The position numbers and the translations under genes are program-made. Below are positions 12,958-26,800 of a stretch of DNA of 64,000 bases, one piece after another (position 1 is the stretch's first letter; each line of letters opens with the position of its first letter). The notes beneath the pieces were generated by a model, which saw nothing but the letters and a program-made list of their open reading frames with translations, was not told where the DNA came from and searched no databases. Origin of the DNA: Macrostomum lignano (Eukaryota); assembly GCA_002269645.1 (NCBI GenBank), contig NIVC01003656.1, forward strand, positions 61,011-125,010, given 5' to 3'.

Positions 12958-14727
12958 AGCGCGCGATACATGCGTCCATCAAATGCTGACAACTTCAACA
13001 GACCCCGGCAAGCGGTCCCAGCAGAGCCAGAAGCGCGGAGTCGCACAGCTGCCCTGGTGGAAAATTCGTCAGCCTCAATTTGAACTGGGAGCGGGTGCGC
13101 TATCTGGAGCAGAAGGTGAGAATGAGATCTATTGAGTGAGTAACAATGGAAACTTTTTATTAAAACTGATGTTTCTTATGCAAATTATTTACTTTTAGAG
13201 ACCAAACGGCGCCAGAAACGAAAGCAATGAGAAGGGGATGCTTAGCCGACGAAGCAAAAAGTTTAACTACCGGAAGCAGCAACCGAAGCACTCTCACAGA
13301 CTGGTGAGACTGACTGGCTGCATTAGTTTGATCAAGCGGATTGCCCCACAATAGTCCATCCAGGATGTTGTATTTCAGGCCTGCTGCTGCTCGGGTCACT
13401 GCGCCACATGCTCGAATGCAATGCACGGCTCCGATTGGTCCAGACAGATTGCGTTGCTCAGGTAGCACCTCGTACATAGTGTCATAAAGTACATAGTACA
13501 TAAAAACAGGGCCACTGTGCACCCTGCGTGAGTGCCCGCGTGTAAGTATCCGAGCGGACTCACCCACTAATAAGCTGCACTGTTTGACCCTCGTCGCTCA
13601 GCCTGCACGACTCGGCCCTGCAGCGCCGAGCAGCGGAGCGCCAACGCAGGTCAGAGCTCGCCCGCCAGCTGCTGGACAGTCGGGCCGCGCTCTCCCAGGT
13701 GGACGCAGCGCTGCTGCAGGCCGGCCAGCTCAGCCGTCCGGAGCAGCTGACGCCGTTGCTGTCCGAGCCCACCAGCCGGCTTGTCAAGCCCGCGGTGCCG
13801 ATGCGACTGTCGACAACTCAACTGGAGTGCCCGGATTCGGCGAAGGCCTTCGGACGGGCTCGAAGATTCGTGCCGGGGGCTGGCGGGACCCGCCGGGCCG
13901 GCTTTGGTAAGGAGTTGCTCAGGCTGATGGCAGATGGGGTTGGGAGCTCAGGCTGATGGCAGATGGGGTTGGGAGCTCAGGCTGATGGGGTGGAGGCTCA
14001 GACTGATGGGGTGGAGGCTCAGGCTGATGGGGTGGAGGCTCAGGCTGATGGGGTGGGGGCTCAGGCTGATGGGGTGAGGAGGCTCAGGCTGATGGCAGAT
14101 GAGGTGAAGGCTCAGGCTGATAATCTGTGAGGAGTGAGTAGAAAAATCCGTATATAAAGCTTGGTGTAGATACAGTGGAAGAGAATTATTTGCTAGTTTC
14201 CGCATAAGGTTAAAAGGCTTTATTTATCAGAGAAGCTGAATGAATGGCCATTAGCTTTCTGAATAGGGACTGCTCAGCTCCTAACTCATCGTCCAATATA
14301 AAAGTACTCAAATTTATAAAGGAGAAGTCAAAGCTACATCGCAAAATGATGGTGGGGTTTTTGTACTTGGGAAAAAATAGTAAGCAAAGCTCTGTGCTGA
14401 CTATTCCTGTGTTACGGACAGAGAGAAGGGGAGAGATTAAGCGAGAATGAGTCGAAAGACCAAAAGTCTCAATAATTCATGGCACGAGGTTCACTTCGAC
14501 TACATGATAAGATTCAGACTCATATTAAAAGTGGAAATTTCTGCATAGTAATTTGATTACTATTGGAGAATTTTTTAATCAATTTAAATGAGCACTGAGT
14601 GAAAATTTCAATTTCAACAAAAAACATTTTTGTTTACGAGAAAATTTAACTGATCGCTACTGAAGCAGCGCACGAGCTGACATCTAAAGTATTTCATAAA
14701 ACTCTGATGCCCCATTCTTTTTTCAGC

Positions 14728-14775
<48 letters not shown>

Positions 14776-14860
14776 AACCTGGAGCAGTCCAGGAGCTGCA
14801 GATGCAACAGCATCGACATCGAGTCATGGAAAATCGCGGCATATCAACGACGCAAGTGGA
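12603..14860 (+). CDS. Unidentified multi-exon gene A. Exons 12603-12710, 13002-13115, 13199-13303, 13379-13461, 13602-13906, 14727-~14860 (polyQ exon running into the satellite)
   Basis: ATG 12603, GT(G/A)AG-type donors and (C/T)AG acceptors. Splice phases match (0,0,0,2,1) and give a stop-free product MSARGYKMVFYG...LNWERVRYLEQK...SLHDSALQRRAAERQRRSELARQLL...AHQ14. No family recognised; the exon 2 acceptor was chosen to keep the frame. Confidence 0.55.
12725..12957. repeat. (CTGT)n tetranucleotide microsatellite in intron 1 of gene A
   Basis: Direct reading; occasional CCTG/TTTG variants. Confidence 0.97.
13917..14121. repeat. 21/29-bp G-rich minisatellite (GCTCAGGCTGATGGGGTGGAG)
   Basis: About 9 units beginning ~10 nt after the donor at 13907. 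Confidence 0.9.
14732..14773 (+). repeat. (CAG)14, polyQ in the predicted exon frame
   Basis: 14 CAG units directly after the TTTTTCAG acceptor at 14726. Confidence 0.9.
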
Positions 14861-17800
14861 TCATGTCTGCGCCAGCTAGTTGGAGCAATGTGTGTCATGT
14901 CTGCGCCAGATAGTTGGAGCAATGTGTGTCATGTCTGCGCCATCTGGAGCAATGTGTGTCATGTCTGCGCCATCTGGAGCAATGTGTGTCATGTCTGCGC
15001 CATCTGGAGTAATGTGTATCATGTCTGCGCCATCTGGAGCAATGTGTGTCATGTCTGCGCCATCTGGAGTAATGTGTGTCATGTCTGCGCCATCTGGAGC
15101 AATGTGTGTCATGTCTGCATCAGTTGGAGCAATGTGTATCATGTCTGCATCAGTTGGAGCAATGTGTATCATGTCTGCATCAGCTAGAGCAATGTGTGTC
15201 ATGTCTGCATCAGTTAGAGCAATGTGTATCATGTCTGCATCAGTTAGAGCAATGTGTGTCATGTCTGCATCAGTTAGAGCAATGTGTGTCATGTCTGCAT
15301 CAGTTAGAGCAATGTGTATCATGTCTGCATCAGTTAGAGCAATGTGTGTCATGTCTGCATCAGTTAGAGCAATGTGTGTCATGTCTGCATCAGTTAGAGC
15401 AATGTGTGTCATGTCTGCATCAGTTAGAGCAATGTGTGTCATGTCTGCATCAGTTAGAGCAATGTGTGTCATGTCTGCATCAGTTAGAGCAATGTGTATC
15501 ATTTCTGCATCAGTTAGAGCAATGTGTATCATGTCTGCATCAGTTAGAGCAATGTGTGTCATGTCTGCATCAGTTAGAGCAATGTGTGTCATGTCTGCAT
15601 CAGTTAGAGCAATGTGTGTCATGTCTGCGCCATCTGGAGTAATGTGTGTCATGTCTGCATCAGTTAGAGCAATGTGTGTCATGTCTGCATCAGTTAGAGC
15701 AATGTGTGTCATGTCTGCATCAGTTAGAGCAATGTGTGTCATGTCTGCATCAGTTAGAGCAATGTGTGTCATGTCTGCATCAGTTAGAGCAATGTGTGTC
15801 ATGTCTGCATCAGTTAGAGCAATGTGTATCATGTCTGCATCAGTTAGAGCAATGTGTATCATGTCTGCATCAGTTGAGCAATGTGTGTCATGTCTGCATC
15901 AGTTGAGCAATGTGTGTCATGTCTGCATCATTTAGAGCAATGTGTGTCATGTCTGCATCAGTTAGAGCAATGTGTGTCATGTCTGCATCAGTTAGAGCAA
16001 TGTGTGTCATGTCTGCATCAGTTAGAGCAATGTGTATCATGTCTGCATCAGTTAGAGCAATGTGTGTCATGTCTGCATCAGTTAGAGCAATGTGTGTCAT
16101 GTCTGCATCAGCTAGAGCAATGTGTATCATGTCTGCATCAGCTAGAGCAATGTGTGTCATGTCTGCATCAGCTAGAGCAATGTGTATCATGTCTGCATCA
16201 GTTAGAGCAATGTGTGTCATGTCTGCATCAGTTAGAGCAATGTGTGTCATGTCTGCATCAGTTAGAGCAATGTGTGTCATGTCTGCATCAGTTAGAGCAA
16301 TGTGTATCATGTCTGCATCAGTTAGAGCAATGTGTGTCATGTCTGCATCAGTTAGAGCAATGTGTGTCATGTCTGCATCAGTAGAGCAATGTGTGTCATG
16401 TCTGCATCAGTTAGAGCAATGTGTGTCATGTCTGCATCAGTTAGAGCAATGTGTATCATGTCTGCATCAGCTAGAGCAATGTGTGTCATGTCTGCATCAG
16501 TTAGAGCAATGTGTGTCATGTCTGCATCTGAGCAATGTGTGTCATGTCTGCATCAGTTAGAGCAATGTGTGTCATGTCTGCATCAGTTAGAGCAATGTGT
16601 GTCATGTCTGCATCAGTTAGAGCAATGTGTGTCATGTCTGCATCAGTTAGAGCAATGTGTATCATGTCTGCATCAGTTAGAGCAATGTGTGTCATGTCTG
16701 CATCAGTTAGAGCAATGTGTGTCATGTCTGCATCAGTTAGAGCAATGTGTATCATGTCTGCATCAGTTAGAGCAATGTGTGTCATGTCTGCATCAGTTAG
16801 AGCAATGTGTATCATGTCTGCATCAGTTAGAGCAATGTGTGTCATGTCTGCATCAGTTAGAGCAATGTGTGTCATGTCTGCATCAGTTAGAGCAATGTGT
16901 GTCATGTCTGCATCAGTTAGAGCAATGTGTATCATGTCTGCATCAGTTAGAGCAATGTGTGTCATGTCTGCATCAGTTAGAGCAATGTGTGTCATGTCTG
17001 CATCAGTTAGAGCAATGTGTGTCATGTCTGCATCAGTTAGAGCAATGTGTATCATGTCTGCATCAGTTAGAGCAATGTGTGTCATGTCTGCATCAGTTAG
17101 AGCAATGTGTGTCATGTCTGCATCTTAGAGCAATGTGTGTCATGTCTGCATCAGTTAGAGCAATGTGTGTCATGTCTGCATCAGTTAGAGCAATGTGTGT
17201 CATGTCTGCATCAGTTAGAGCAATGTGTATCATGTCTGCATCAGTTAGAGCAATGTGTGTCATGTCTGCATCAGTTAGAGCAATGTGTGTCATGTCTGCA
17301 TCAGTTAGAGCAATGTGTGTCATGTCTGCATCAGTTAGAGCAATGTGTGTCATGTCTGCATCTGAGCAATGTGTGTCATGTCTGCATCAGTTAGAGCAAT
17401 GTGTGTCATGTCTGCATCAGTTAGAGCAATGTGTGTCATGTCTGCATCAGTTAGAGCAATGTGTGTCATGTCTGCATCAGTTAGAGCAATGTGTGTCATG
17501 TCTGCATCAGTTAGAGCAATGTGTGTCATGTCTGCATCAGTTAGAGCAATGTGTGTCATGTCTGCATCAGTTAGAGCAATGTGTATCATGTCTGCATCAG
17601 TTAGAGCAATGTGTGTCATGTCTGCATCAGTTAGAGCAATGTGTGTCATGTCTGCATCAGTTAGAGCAATGTGTGTCATGTCTGCATCAGTTAGAGCAAT
17701 GTGTGTCATGTCTGCATCAGTTAGAGCAATGTGTGTCATGTCTGCATCAGTTAGAGCAATGTGTATCATGTCTGCATCAGTTAGAGCAATGTGTGTCATG

Positions 17801-20800
17801 TCTGCATCAGTTAGAGCAATGTGTGTCATGTCTGCATCAGTTAGAGCAATGTGTGTCATGTCTGCATCAGTTAGAGCAATGTGTATCATGTCTGCATCAG
17901 TTAGAGCAATGTGTGTCATGTCTGCATCAGTTAGAGCAATGTGTGTCATGTCTGCATCTGAGCAATGTGTGTCATGTCTGCATCAGTTAGAGCAATGTGT
18001 GTCATGTCTGCATCAGTTAGAGCAATGTGTGTCATGTCTGCATCAGTTAGAGCAATGTGTATCATGTCTGCATCAGTTAGAGCAATGTGTGTCATGTCTG
18101 CATCAGTTAGAGCAATGTGTGTCATGTCTGCATCAGTTAGAGCAATGTGTGTCATGTCTGCATCAGTTAGAGCAATGTGTATCATGTCTGCATCAGTTAG
18201 AGCAATGTGTGTCATGTCTGCATCAGTTAGAGCAATGTGTATCATGTCTGCATCAGTTAGAGCAATGTGTGTCATGTCTGCATCAGTTAGAGCAATGTGT
18301 GTCATGTCTGCATCAGTTAGAGCAATGTGTATCATGTCTGCATCAGTTAGAGCAATGTGTGTCATGTCTGCATCAGTTAGAGCAATGTGTGTCATGTCTG
18401 CATCAGTTAGAGCAATGTGTATGTCTGCATCAGTTAGAGCAATGTGTGTCATGTCTGCATCAGTTAGAGCAATGTGTGTCATGTCTGCATCAGTTAGAGC
18501 AATGTGTATCATGTCTGCATCTGAGCAATGTGTGTCATGTCTGCATCTGAGCAATGTGTGTCATGTCTGCATCTGAGCAATGTGTGTCATGTCTGCATCA
18601 GTTAGAGCAATGTGTATCATGTCTGCATCAGTTAGAGCAATGTGTGTCATGTCTGCATCAGTTAGAGCAATGTGTGTCATGTCTGCATCAGTTAGAGCAA
18701 TGTGTGTCATGTCTGCATCAGTTAGAGCAATGTGTGTCATGTCTGCATCAGTTAGAGCAATGTGTGTCATGTCTGCATCAGTTAGAGCAATGTGTGTCAT
18801 GTCTGCATCAGTTAGAGCAATGTGTGTCATGTCTGCATCAGTTAGAGCAATGTGTGTCATGTCTGCATCAGTTAGAGCAATGTGTGTCATGTCTGCATCA
18901 GTTAGAGCAATGTGTGTCATGTCTGCATCAGTTAGAGCAATGTGTGTCATGTCTGCATCAGTTAGAGCAATGTGTGTCATGTCTGCATCAGTTAGAGCAA
19001 TGTGTGTCATGTCTGCATCAGTTAGAGCAATGTGTGTCATGTCTGCATCAGTTAGAGCAATGTGTGTCATGTCTGCATCAGTTAGAGCAATGTGTGTCAT
19101 GTCTGCATCAGTTAGAGCAATGTGTGTCATGTCTGCATCAGTTAGAGCAATGTGTGTCATGTCTGCATCAGTTAGAGCAATGTGTATCATGTCTGCATCA
19201 GTTAGAGCAATGTGTGTCATGTCTGCATCAGTTAGAGCAATGTGTGTCATGTCTGCATCTGAGCAATGTGTGTCATGTCTGCATCAGTTAGAGCAATGTG
19301 TGTCATGTCTGCATCAGTTAGAGCAATGTGTGTCATGTCTGCATCAGTTAGAGCAATGTGTATCATGTCTGCATCAGTTAGAGCAATGTGTGTCATGTCT
19401 GCATCAGTTAGAGCAATGTGTGTCATGTCTGCATCAGTTAGAGCAATGTGTGTCATGTCTGCATCAGTTAGAGCAATGTGTGTCATGTCTGCATCAGTTA
19501 GAGCAATGTGTGTCATGTCTGCATCAGTTAGAGCAATGTGTGTCATGTCTGCATCAGTTAGAGCAATGTGTGTCATGTCTGCATCAGTTAGAGCAATGTG
19601 TGTCATGTCTGCATCAGTTAGAGCAATGTGTATCATGTCTGCATCAGTTAGAGCAATGTGTGTCATGTCTGCATCAGTTAGAGCAATGTGTGTCATGTCT
19701 GCATCAGTTAGAGCAATGTGTATCATGTCTGCATCAGTTAGAGCAATGTGTGTCATGTCTGCATCAGTTAGAGCAATGTGTGTCATGTCTGCATCAGTTA
19801 GAGCAATGTGTATCATGTCTGCATCAGCAATGTGTGTCATGTCTGCATCTGAGCAATGTGTGTCATGTCTGCATCTGAGCAATGTGTGTCATGTCTGCAT
19901 CAGTTAGAGCAATGTGTATCATGTCTGCATCAGTTAGAGCAATGTGTGTCATGTCTGCATCAGTTAGAGCAATGTGTGTCATGTCTGCATCAGTTAGAGC
20001 AATGTGTGTCATGTCTGCATCAGTTAGAGCAATGTGTGTCATGTCTGCATCAGTTAGAGCAATGTGTGTCATGTCTGCATCAGTTAGAGCAATGTGTATC
20101 ATGTCTGCATCAGTTAGAGCAATGTGTGTCATGTCTGCATCAGTTAGAGCAATGTGTGTCATGTCTGCATCAGTTAGAGCAATGTGTGTCATGTCTGCAT
20201 CAGTTAGAGCAATGTGTGTCATGTCTGCATCAGTTAGAGCAATGTGTGTCATGTCTGCATCAGTTAGAGCAATGTGTGTCATGTCTGCATCAGTTAGAGC
20301 AATGTGTGTCATGTCTGCATCAGTTAGAGCAATGTGTGTCATGTCTGCATCAGTTAGAGCAATGTGTGTCATGTCTGCATCAGTTAGAGCAATGTGTGTC
20401 ATGTCTGCATCAGTTAGAGCAATGTGTGTCATGTCTGCATCAGTTAGAGCAATGTGTGTCATGTCTGCATCAGTTAGAGCAATGTGTGTCATGTCTGCAT
20501 CAGTTAGAGCAATGTGTGTCATGTCTGCATCAGTTAGAGCAATGTGTGTCATGTCTGCATCAGTTAGAGCAATGTGTGTCATGTCTGCATCAGTTAGAGC
20601 AATGTGTGTCATGTCTGCATCAGTTAGAGCAATGTGTGTCATGTCTGCATCAGTTAGAGCAATGTGTGTCATGTCTGCATCAGTTAGAGCAATGTGTGTC
20701 ATGTCTGCATCTGAGCAATGTGTGTCATGTCTGCATCAGTTAGAGCAATGTGTGTCATGTCTGCATCAGTTAGAGCAATGTGTGTCATGTCTGCATCAGT

Positions 20801-23800
20801 TAGAGCAATGTGTGTCATGTCTGCATCAGTTAGAGCAATGTGTGTCATGTCTGCATCAGTTAGAGCAATGTGTGTCATGTCTGCATCAGTTAGAGCAATG
20901 TGTGTCATGTCTGCATCAGTTAGAGCAATGTGTGTCATGTCTGCATCAGTTAGAGCAATGTGTGTCATGTCTGCATCAGTTAGAGCAATGTGTGTCATGT
21001 CTGCATCAGTTAGAGCAATGTGTGTCATGTCTGCATCAGTTAGAGCAATGTGTGTCATGTCTGCATCAGTTAGAGCAATGTGTGTCATGTCTGCATCAGT
21101 GAGCAATGTGTGTCATGTCTGCATCAGTTAGAGCAATGTGTGTCATGTCTGCATCAGTTAGAGCAATGTGTGTCATGTCTGCATCAGTTAGAGCAATGTG
21201 TGTCATGTCTGCATCAGTTAGAGCAATGTGTGTCATGTCTGCATCAGTTAGAGCAATGTGTGTCATGTCTGCATCAGTTAGAGCAATGTGTGTCATGTCT
21301 GCATCAGTTAGAGCAATGTGTGTCATGTCTGCATCAGTTAGAGCAATGTGTGTCATGTCTGCATCAGTTAGAGCAATGTGTGTCATGTCTGCATCAGTTA
21401 GAGCAATGTGTGTCATGTCTGCATCAGTTAGAGCAATGTGTGTCATGTCTGCATCAGTTAGAGCAATGTGTGTCATGTCTGCATCAGTTAGAGCAATGTG
21501 TGTCATGTCTGCATCAGTTAGAGCAATGTGTGTCATGTCTGCATCAGTTAGAGCAATGTGTATCATGTCTGCATCAGTTAGAGCAATGTGTGTCATGTCT
21601 GCATCAGTTAGAGCAATGTGTGTCATGTCTGCATCAGTTAGAGCAATGTGTGTCATGTCTGCATCAGTTAGAGCAATGTGTGTCATGTCTGCATCAGTTA
21701 GAGCAATGTGTGTCATGTCTGCATCAGTTAGAGCAATGTGTGTCATGTCTGCATCAGTTAGAGCAATGTGTGTCATGTCTGCATCAGTTAGAGCAATGTG
21801 TGTCATGTCTGCATCAGTTAGAGCAATGTGTGTCATGTCTGCATCAGTTAGAGCAATGTGTGTCATGTCTGCATCAGTTAGAGCAATGTGTGTCATGTCT
21901 GCATCAGTTAGAGCAATGTGTGTCATGTCTGCATCAGTTAGAGCAATGTGTGTCATGTCTGCATCAGTTAGAGCAATGTGTGTCATGTCTGCATCAGTTA
22001 GAGCAATGTGTGTCATGTCTGCATCAGTTAGAGCAATGTGTGTCATGTCTGCATCAGTTAGAGCAATGTGTGTCATGTCTGCATCAGTTAGAGCAATGTG
22101 TGTCATGTCTGCATCAGTTAGAGCAATGTGTGTCATGTCTGCATCAGTTAGAGCAATGTGTGTCATGTCTGCATCAGTTAGAGCAATGTGTGTCATGTCT
22201 GCATCAGTTAGAGCAATGTGTGTCATGTCTGCATCAGTTAGAGCAATGTGTGTCATGTCTGCATCAGTTAGAGCAATGTGTGTCATGTCTGCATCAGTTA
22301 GAGCAATGTGTGTCATGTCTGCATCAGTTAGAGCAATGTGTGTCATGTCTGCATCAGTTAGAGCAATGTGTGTCATGTCTGCATCAGTTAGAGCAATGTG
22401 TGTCATGTCTGCATCAGTTAGAGCAATGTGTGTCATGTCTGCATCAGTTAGAGCAATGTGTGTCATGTCTGCATCAGTTAGAGCAATGTGTGTCATGTCT
22501 GCATCAGTTAGAGCAATGTGTGTCATGTCTGCATCAGTTAGAGCAATGTGTGTCATGTCTGCATCAGTTAGAGCAATGTGTGTCATGTCTGCATCAGTTA
22601 GAGCAATGTGTGTCATGTCTGCATCAGTTAGAGCAATGTGTGTCATGTCTGCATCAGTTAGAGCAATGTGTGTCATGTCTGCATCAGTTAGAGCAATGTG
22701 TGTCATGTCTGCATCAGTTAGAGCAATGTGTGTCATGTCTGCATCAGTTAGAGCAATGTGTGTCATGTCTGCATCAGTTAGAGCAATGTGTGTCATGTCT
22801 GCATCAGTTAGAGCAATGTGTGTCATGTCTGCATCAGTTAGAGCAATGTGTGTCATGTCTGCATCAGTTAGAGCAATGTGTGTCATGTCTGCATCAGTTA
22901 GAGCAATGTGTGTCATGTCTGCATCAGTTAGAGCAATGTGTGTCATGTCTGCATCAGTTAGAGCAATGTGTGTCATGTCTGCATCAGTTAGAGCAATGTG
23001 TGTCATGTCTGCATCAGTTAGAGCAATGTGTGTCATGTCTGCATCAGTTAGAGCAATGTGTGTCATGTCTGCATCAGTTAGAGCAATGTGTGTCATGTCT
23101 GCATCAGTTAGAGCAATGTGTGTCATGTCTGCATCAGTTAGAGCAATGTGTGTCATGTCTGCATCAGTTAGAGCAATGTGTGTCATGTCTGCATCAGTTA
23201 GAGCAATGTGTGTCATGTCTGCATCAGTTAGAGCAATGTGTGTCATGTCTGCATCAGTTAGAGCAATGTGTGTCATGTCTGCATCAGTTAGAGCAATGTG
23301 TGTCATGTCTGCATCAGTTAGAGCAATGTGTGTCATGTCTGCATCAGTTAGAGCAATGTGTGTCATGTCTGCATCAGTTAGAGCAATGTGTGTCATGTCT
23401 GCATCAGTTAGAGCAATGTGTGTCATGTCTGCATCAGTTAGAGCAATGTGTGTCATGTCTGCATCAGTTAGAGCAATGTGTGTCATGTCTGCATCAGTTA
23501 GAGCAATGTGTGTCATGTCTGCATCAGTTAGAGCAATGTGTGTCATGTCTGCATCAGTTAGAGCAATGTGTGTCATGTCTGCATCAGTTAGAGCAATGTG
23601 TGTCATGTCTGCATCAGTTAGAGCAATGTGTGTCATGTCTGCATCAGTTAGAGCAATGTGTGTCATGTCTGCATCAGTTAGAGCAATGTGTGTCATGTCT
23701 GCATCAGTTAGAGCAATGTGTGTCATGTCTGCATCAGTTAGAGCAATGTGTGTCATGTCTGCATCAGTTAGAGCAATGTGTGTCATGTCTGCATCAGTTA

Positions 23801-26800
23801 GAGCAATGTGTGTCATGTCTGCATCAGTTAGAGCAATGTGTGTCATGTCTGCATCAGTTAGAGCAATGTGTGTCATGTCTGCATCAGTTAGAGCAATGTG
23901 TGTCATGTCTGCATCAGTTAGAGCAATGTGTGTCATGTCTGCATCAGTTAGAGCAATGTGTGTCATGTCTGCATCAGTTAGAGCAATGTGTGTCATGTCT
24001 GCATCAGTTAGAGCAATGTGTGTCATGTCTGCATCAGTTAGAGCAATGTGTGTCATGTCTGCATCAGTTAGAGCAATGTGTGTCATGTCTGCATCAGTTA
24101 GAGCAATGTGTGTCATGTCTGCATCAGTTAGAGCAATGTGTGTCATGTCTGCATCAGTTAGAGCAATGTGTGTCATGTCTGCATCAGTTAGAGCAATGTG
24201 TGTCATGTCTGCATCAGTTAGAGCAATGTGTGTCATGTCTGCATCAGTTAGAGCAATGTGTGTCATGTCTGCATCAGTTAGAGCAATGTGTGTCATGTCT
24301 GCATCAGTTAGAGCAATGTGTGTCATGTCTGCATCAGTTAGAGCAATGTGTGTCATGTCTGCATCAGTTAGAGCAATGTGTGTCATGTCTGCATCAGTTA
24401 GAGCAATGTGTGTCATGTCTGCATCAGTTAGAGCAATGTGTGTCATGTCTGCATCAGTTAGAGCAATGTGTGTCATGTCTGCATCAGTTAGAGCAATGTG
24501 TGTCATGTCTGCATCAGTTAGAGCAATGTGTGTCATGTCTGCATCAGTTAGAGCAATGTGTGTCATGTCTGCATCAGTTAGAGCAATGTGTGTCATGTCT
24601 GCATCAGTTAGAGCAATGTGTGTCATGTCTGCATCAGTTAGAGCAATGTGTGTCATGTCTGCATCAGTTAGAGCAATGTGTGTCATGTCTGCATCAGTTA
24701 GAGCAATGTGTGTCATGTCTGCATCAGTTAGAGCAATGTGTGTCATGTCTGCATCAGTTAGAGCAATGTGTGTCATGTCTGCATCAGTTAGAGCAATGTG
24801 TGTCATGTCTGCATCAGTTAGAGCAATGTGTGTCATGTCTGCATCAGTTAGAGCAATGTGTGTCATGTCTGCATCAGTTAGAGCAATGTGTGTCATGTCT
24901 GCATCAGTTAGAGCAATGTGTGTCATGTCTGCATCAGTTAGAGCAATGTGTGTCATGTCTGCATCAGTTAGAGCAATGTGTGTCATGTCTGCATCAGTTA
25001 GAGCAATGTGTGTCATGTCTGCATCAGTTAGAGCAATGTGTGTCATGTCTGCATCAGTTAGAGCAATGTGTGTCATGTCTGCATCAGTTAGAGCAATGTG
25101 TGTCATGTCTGCATCAGTTAGAGCAATGTGTGTCATGTCTGCATCAGTTAGAGCAATGTGTGTCATGTCTGCATCAGTTAGAGCAATGTGTGTCATGTCT
25201 GCATCAGTTAGAGCAATGTGTGTCATGTCTGCATCAGTTAGAGCAATGTGTGTCATGTCTGCATCAGTTAGAGCAATGTGTGTCATGTCTGCATCAGTTA
25301 GAGCAATGTGTGTCATGTCTGCATCAGTTAGAGCAATGTGTGTCATGTCTGCATCAGTTAGAGCAATGTGTGTCATGTCTGCATCAGTTAGAGCAATGTG
25401 TGTCATGTCTGCATCAGTTAGAGCAATGTGTGTCATGTCTGCATCAGTTAGAGCAATGTGTGTCATGTCTGCATCAGTTAGAGCAATGTGTGTCATGTCT
25501 GCATCAGTTAGAGCAATGTGTGTCATGTCTGCATCAGTTAGAGCAATGTGTGTCATGTCTGCATCAGTTAGAGCAATGTGTGTCATGTCTGCATCAGTTA
25601 GAGCAATGTGTGTCATGTCTGCATCAGTTAGAGCAATGTGTGTCATGTCTGCATCAGTTAGAGCAATGTGTGTCATGTCTGCATCAGTTAGAGCAATGTG
25701 TGTCATGTCTGCATCAGTTAGAGCAATGTGTGTCATGTCTGCATCAGTTAGAGCAATGTGTGTCATGTCTGCATCAGTTAGAGCAATGTGTGTCATGTCT
25801 GCATCAGTTAGAGCAATGTGTGTCATGTCTGCATCAGTTAGAGCAATGTGTGTCATGTCTGCATCAGTTAGAGCAATGTGTGTCATGTCTGCATCAGTTA
25901 GAGCAATGTGTGTCATGTCTGCATCAGTTAGAGCAATGTGTGTCATGTCTGCATCAGTTAGAGCAATGTGTGTCATGTCTGCATCAGTTAGAGCAATGTG
26001 TGTCATGTCTGCATCAGTTAGAGCAATGTGTGTCATGTCTGCATCAGTTAGAGCAATGTGTGTCATGTCTGCATCAGTTAGAGCAATGTGTGTCATGTCT
26101 GCATCAGTTAGAGCAATGTGTGTCATGTCTGCATCAGTTAGAGCAATGTGTGTCATGTCTGCATCAGTTAGAGCAATGTGTGTCATGTCTGCATCAGTTA
26201 GAGCAATGTGTGTCATGTCTGCATCAGTTAGAGCAATGTGTGTCATGTCTGCATCAGTTAGAGCAATGTGTGTCATGTCTGCATCAGTTAGAGCAATGTG
26301 TGTCATGTCTGCATCAGTTAGAGCAATGTGTGTCATGTCTGCATCAGTTAGAGCAATGTGTGTCATGTCTGCATCAGTTAGAGCAATGTGTGTCATGTCT
26401 GCATCAGTTAGAGCAATGTGTGTCATGTCTGCATCAGTTAGAGCAATGTGTGTCATGTCTGCATCAGTTAGAGCAATGTGTGTCATGTCTGCATCAGTTA
26501 GAGCAATGTGTGTCATGTCTGCATCAGTTAGAGCAATGTGTGTCATGTCTGCATCAGTTAGAGCAATGTGTGTCATGTCTGCATCAGTTAGAGCAATGTG
26601 TGTCATGTCTGCATCAGTTAGAGCAATGTGTGTCATGTCTGCATCAGTTAGAGCAATGTGTGTCATGTCTGCATCAGTTAGAGCAATGTGTGTCATGTCT
26701 GCATCAGTTAGAGCAATGTGTGTCATGTCTGCATCAGTTAGAGCAATGTGTGTCATGTCTGCATCAGTTAGAGCAATGTGTGTCATGTCTGCATCAGTTA

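Noticed and set aside
12725-13135. SVCL / RQTD repeat ORFs
   Set aside because: Translation of the (CTGT)n microsatellite.
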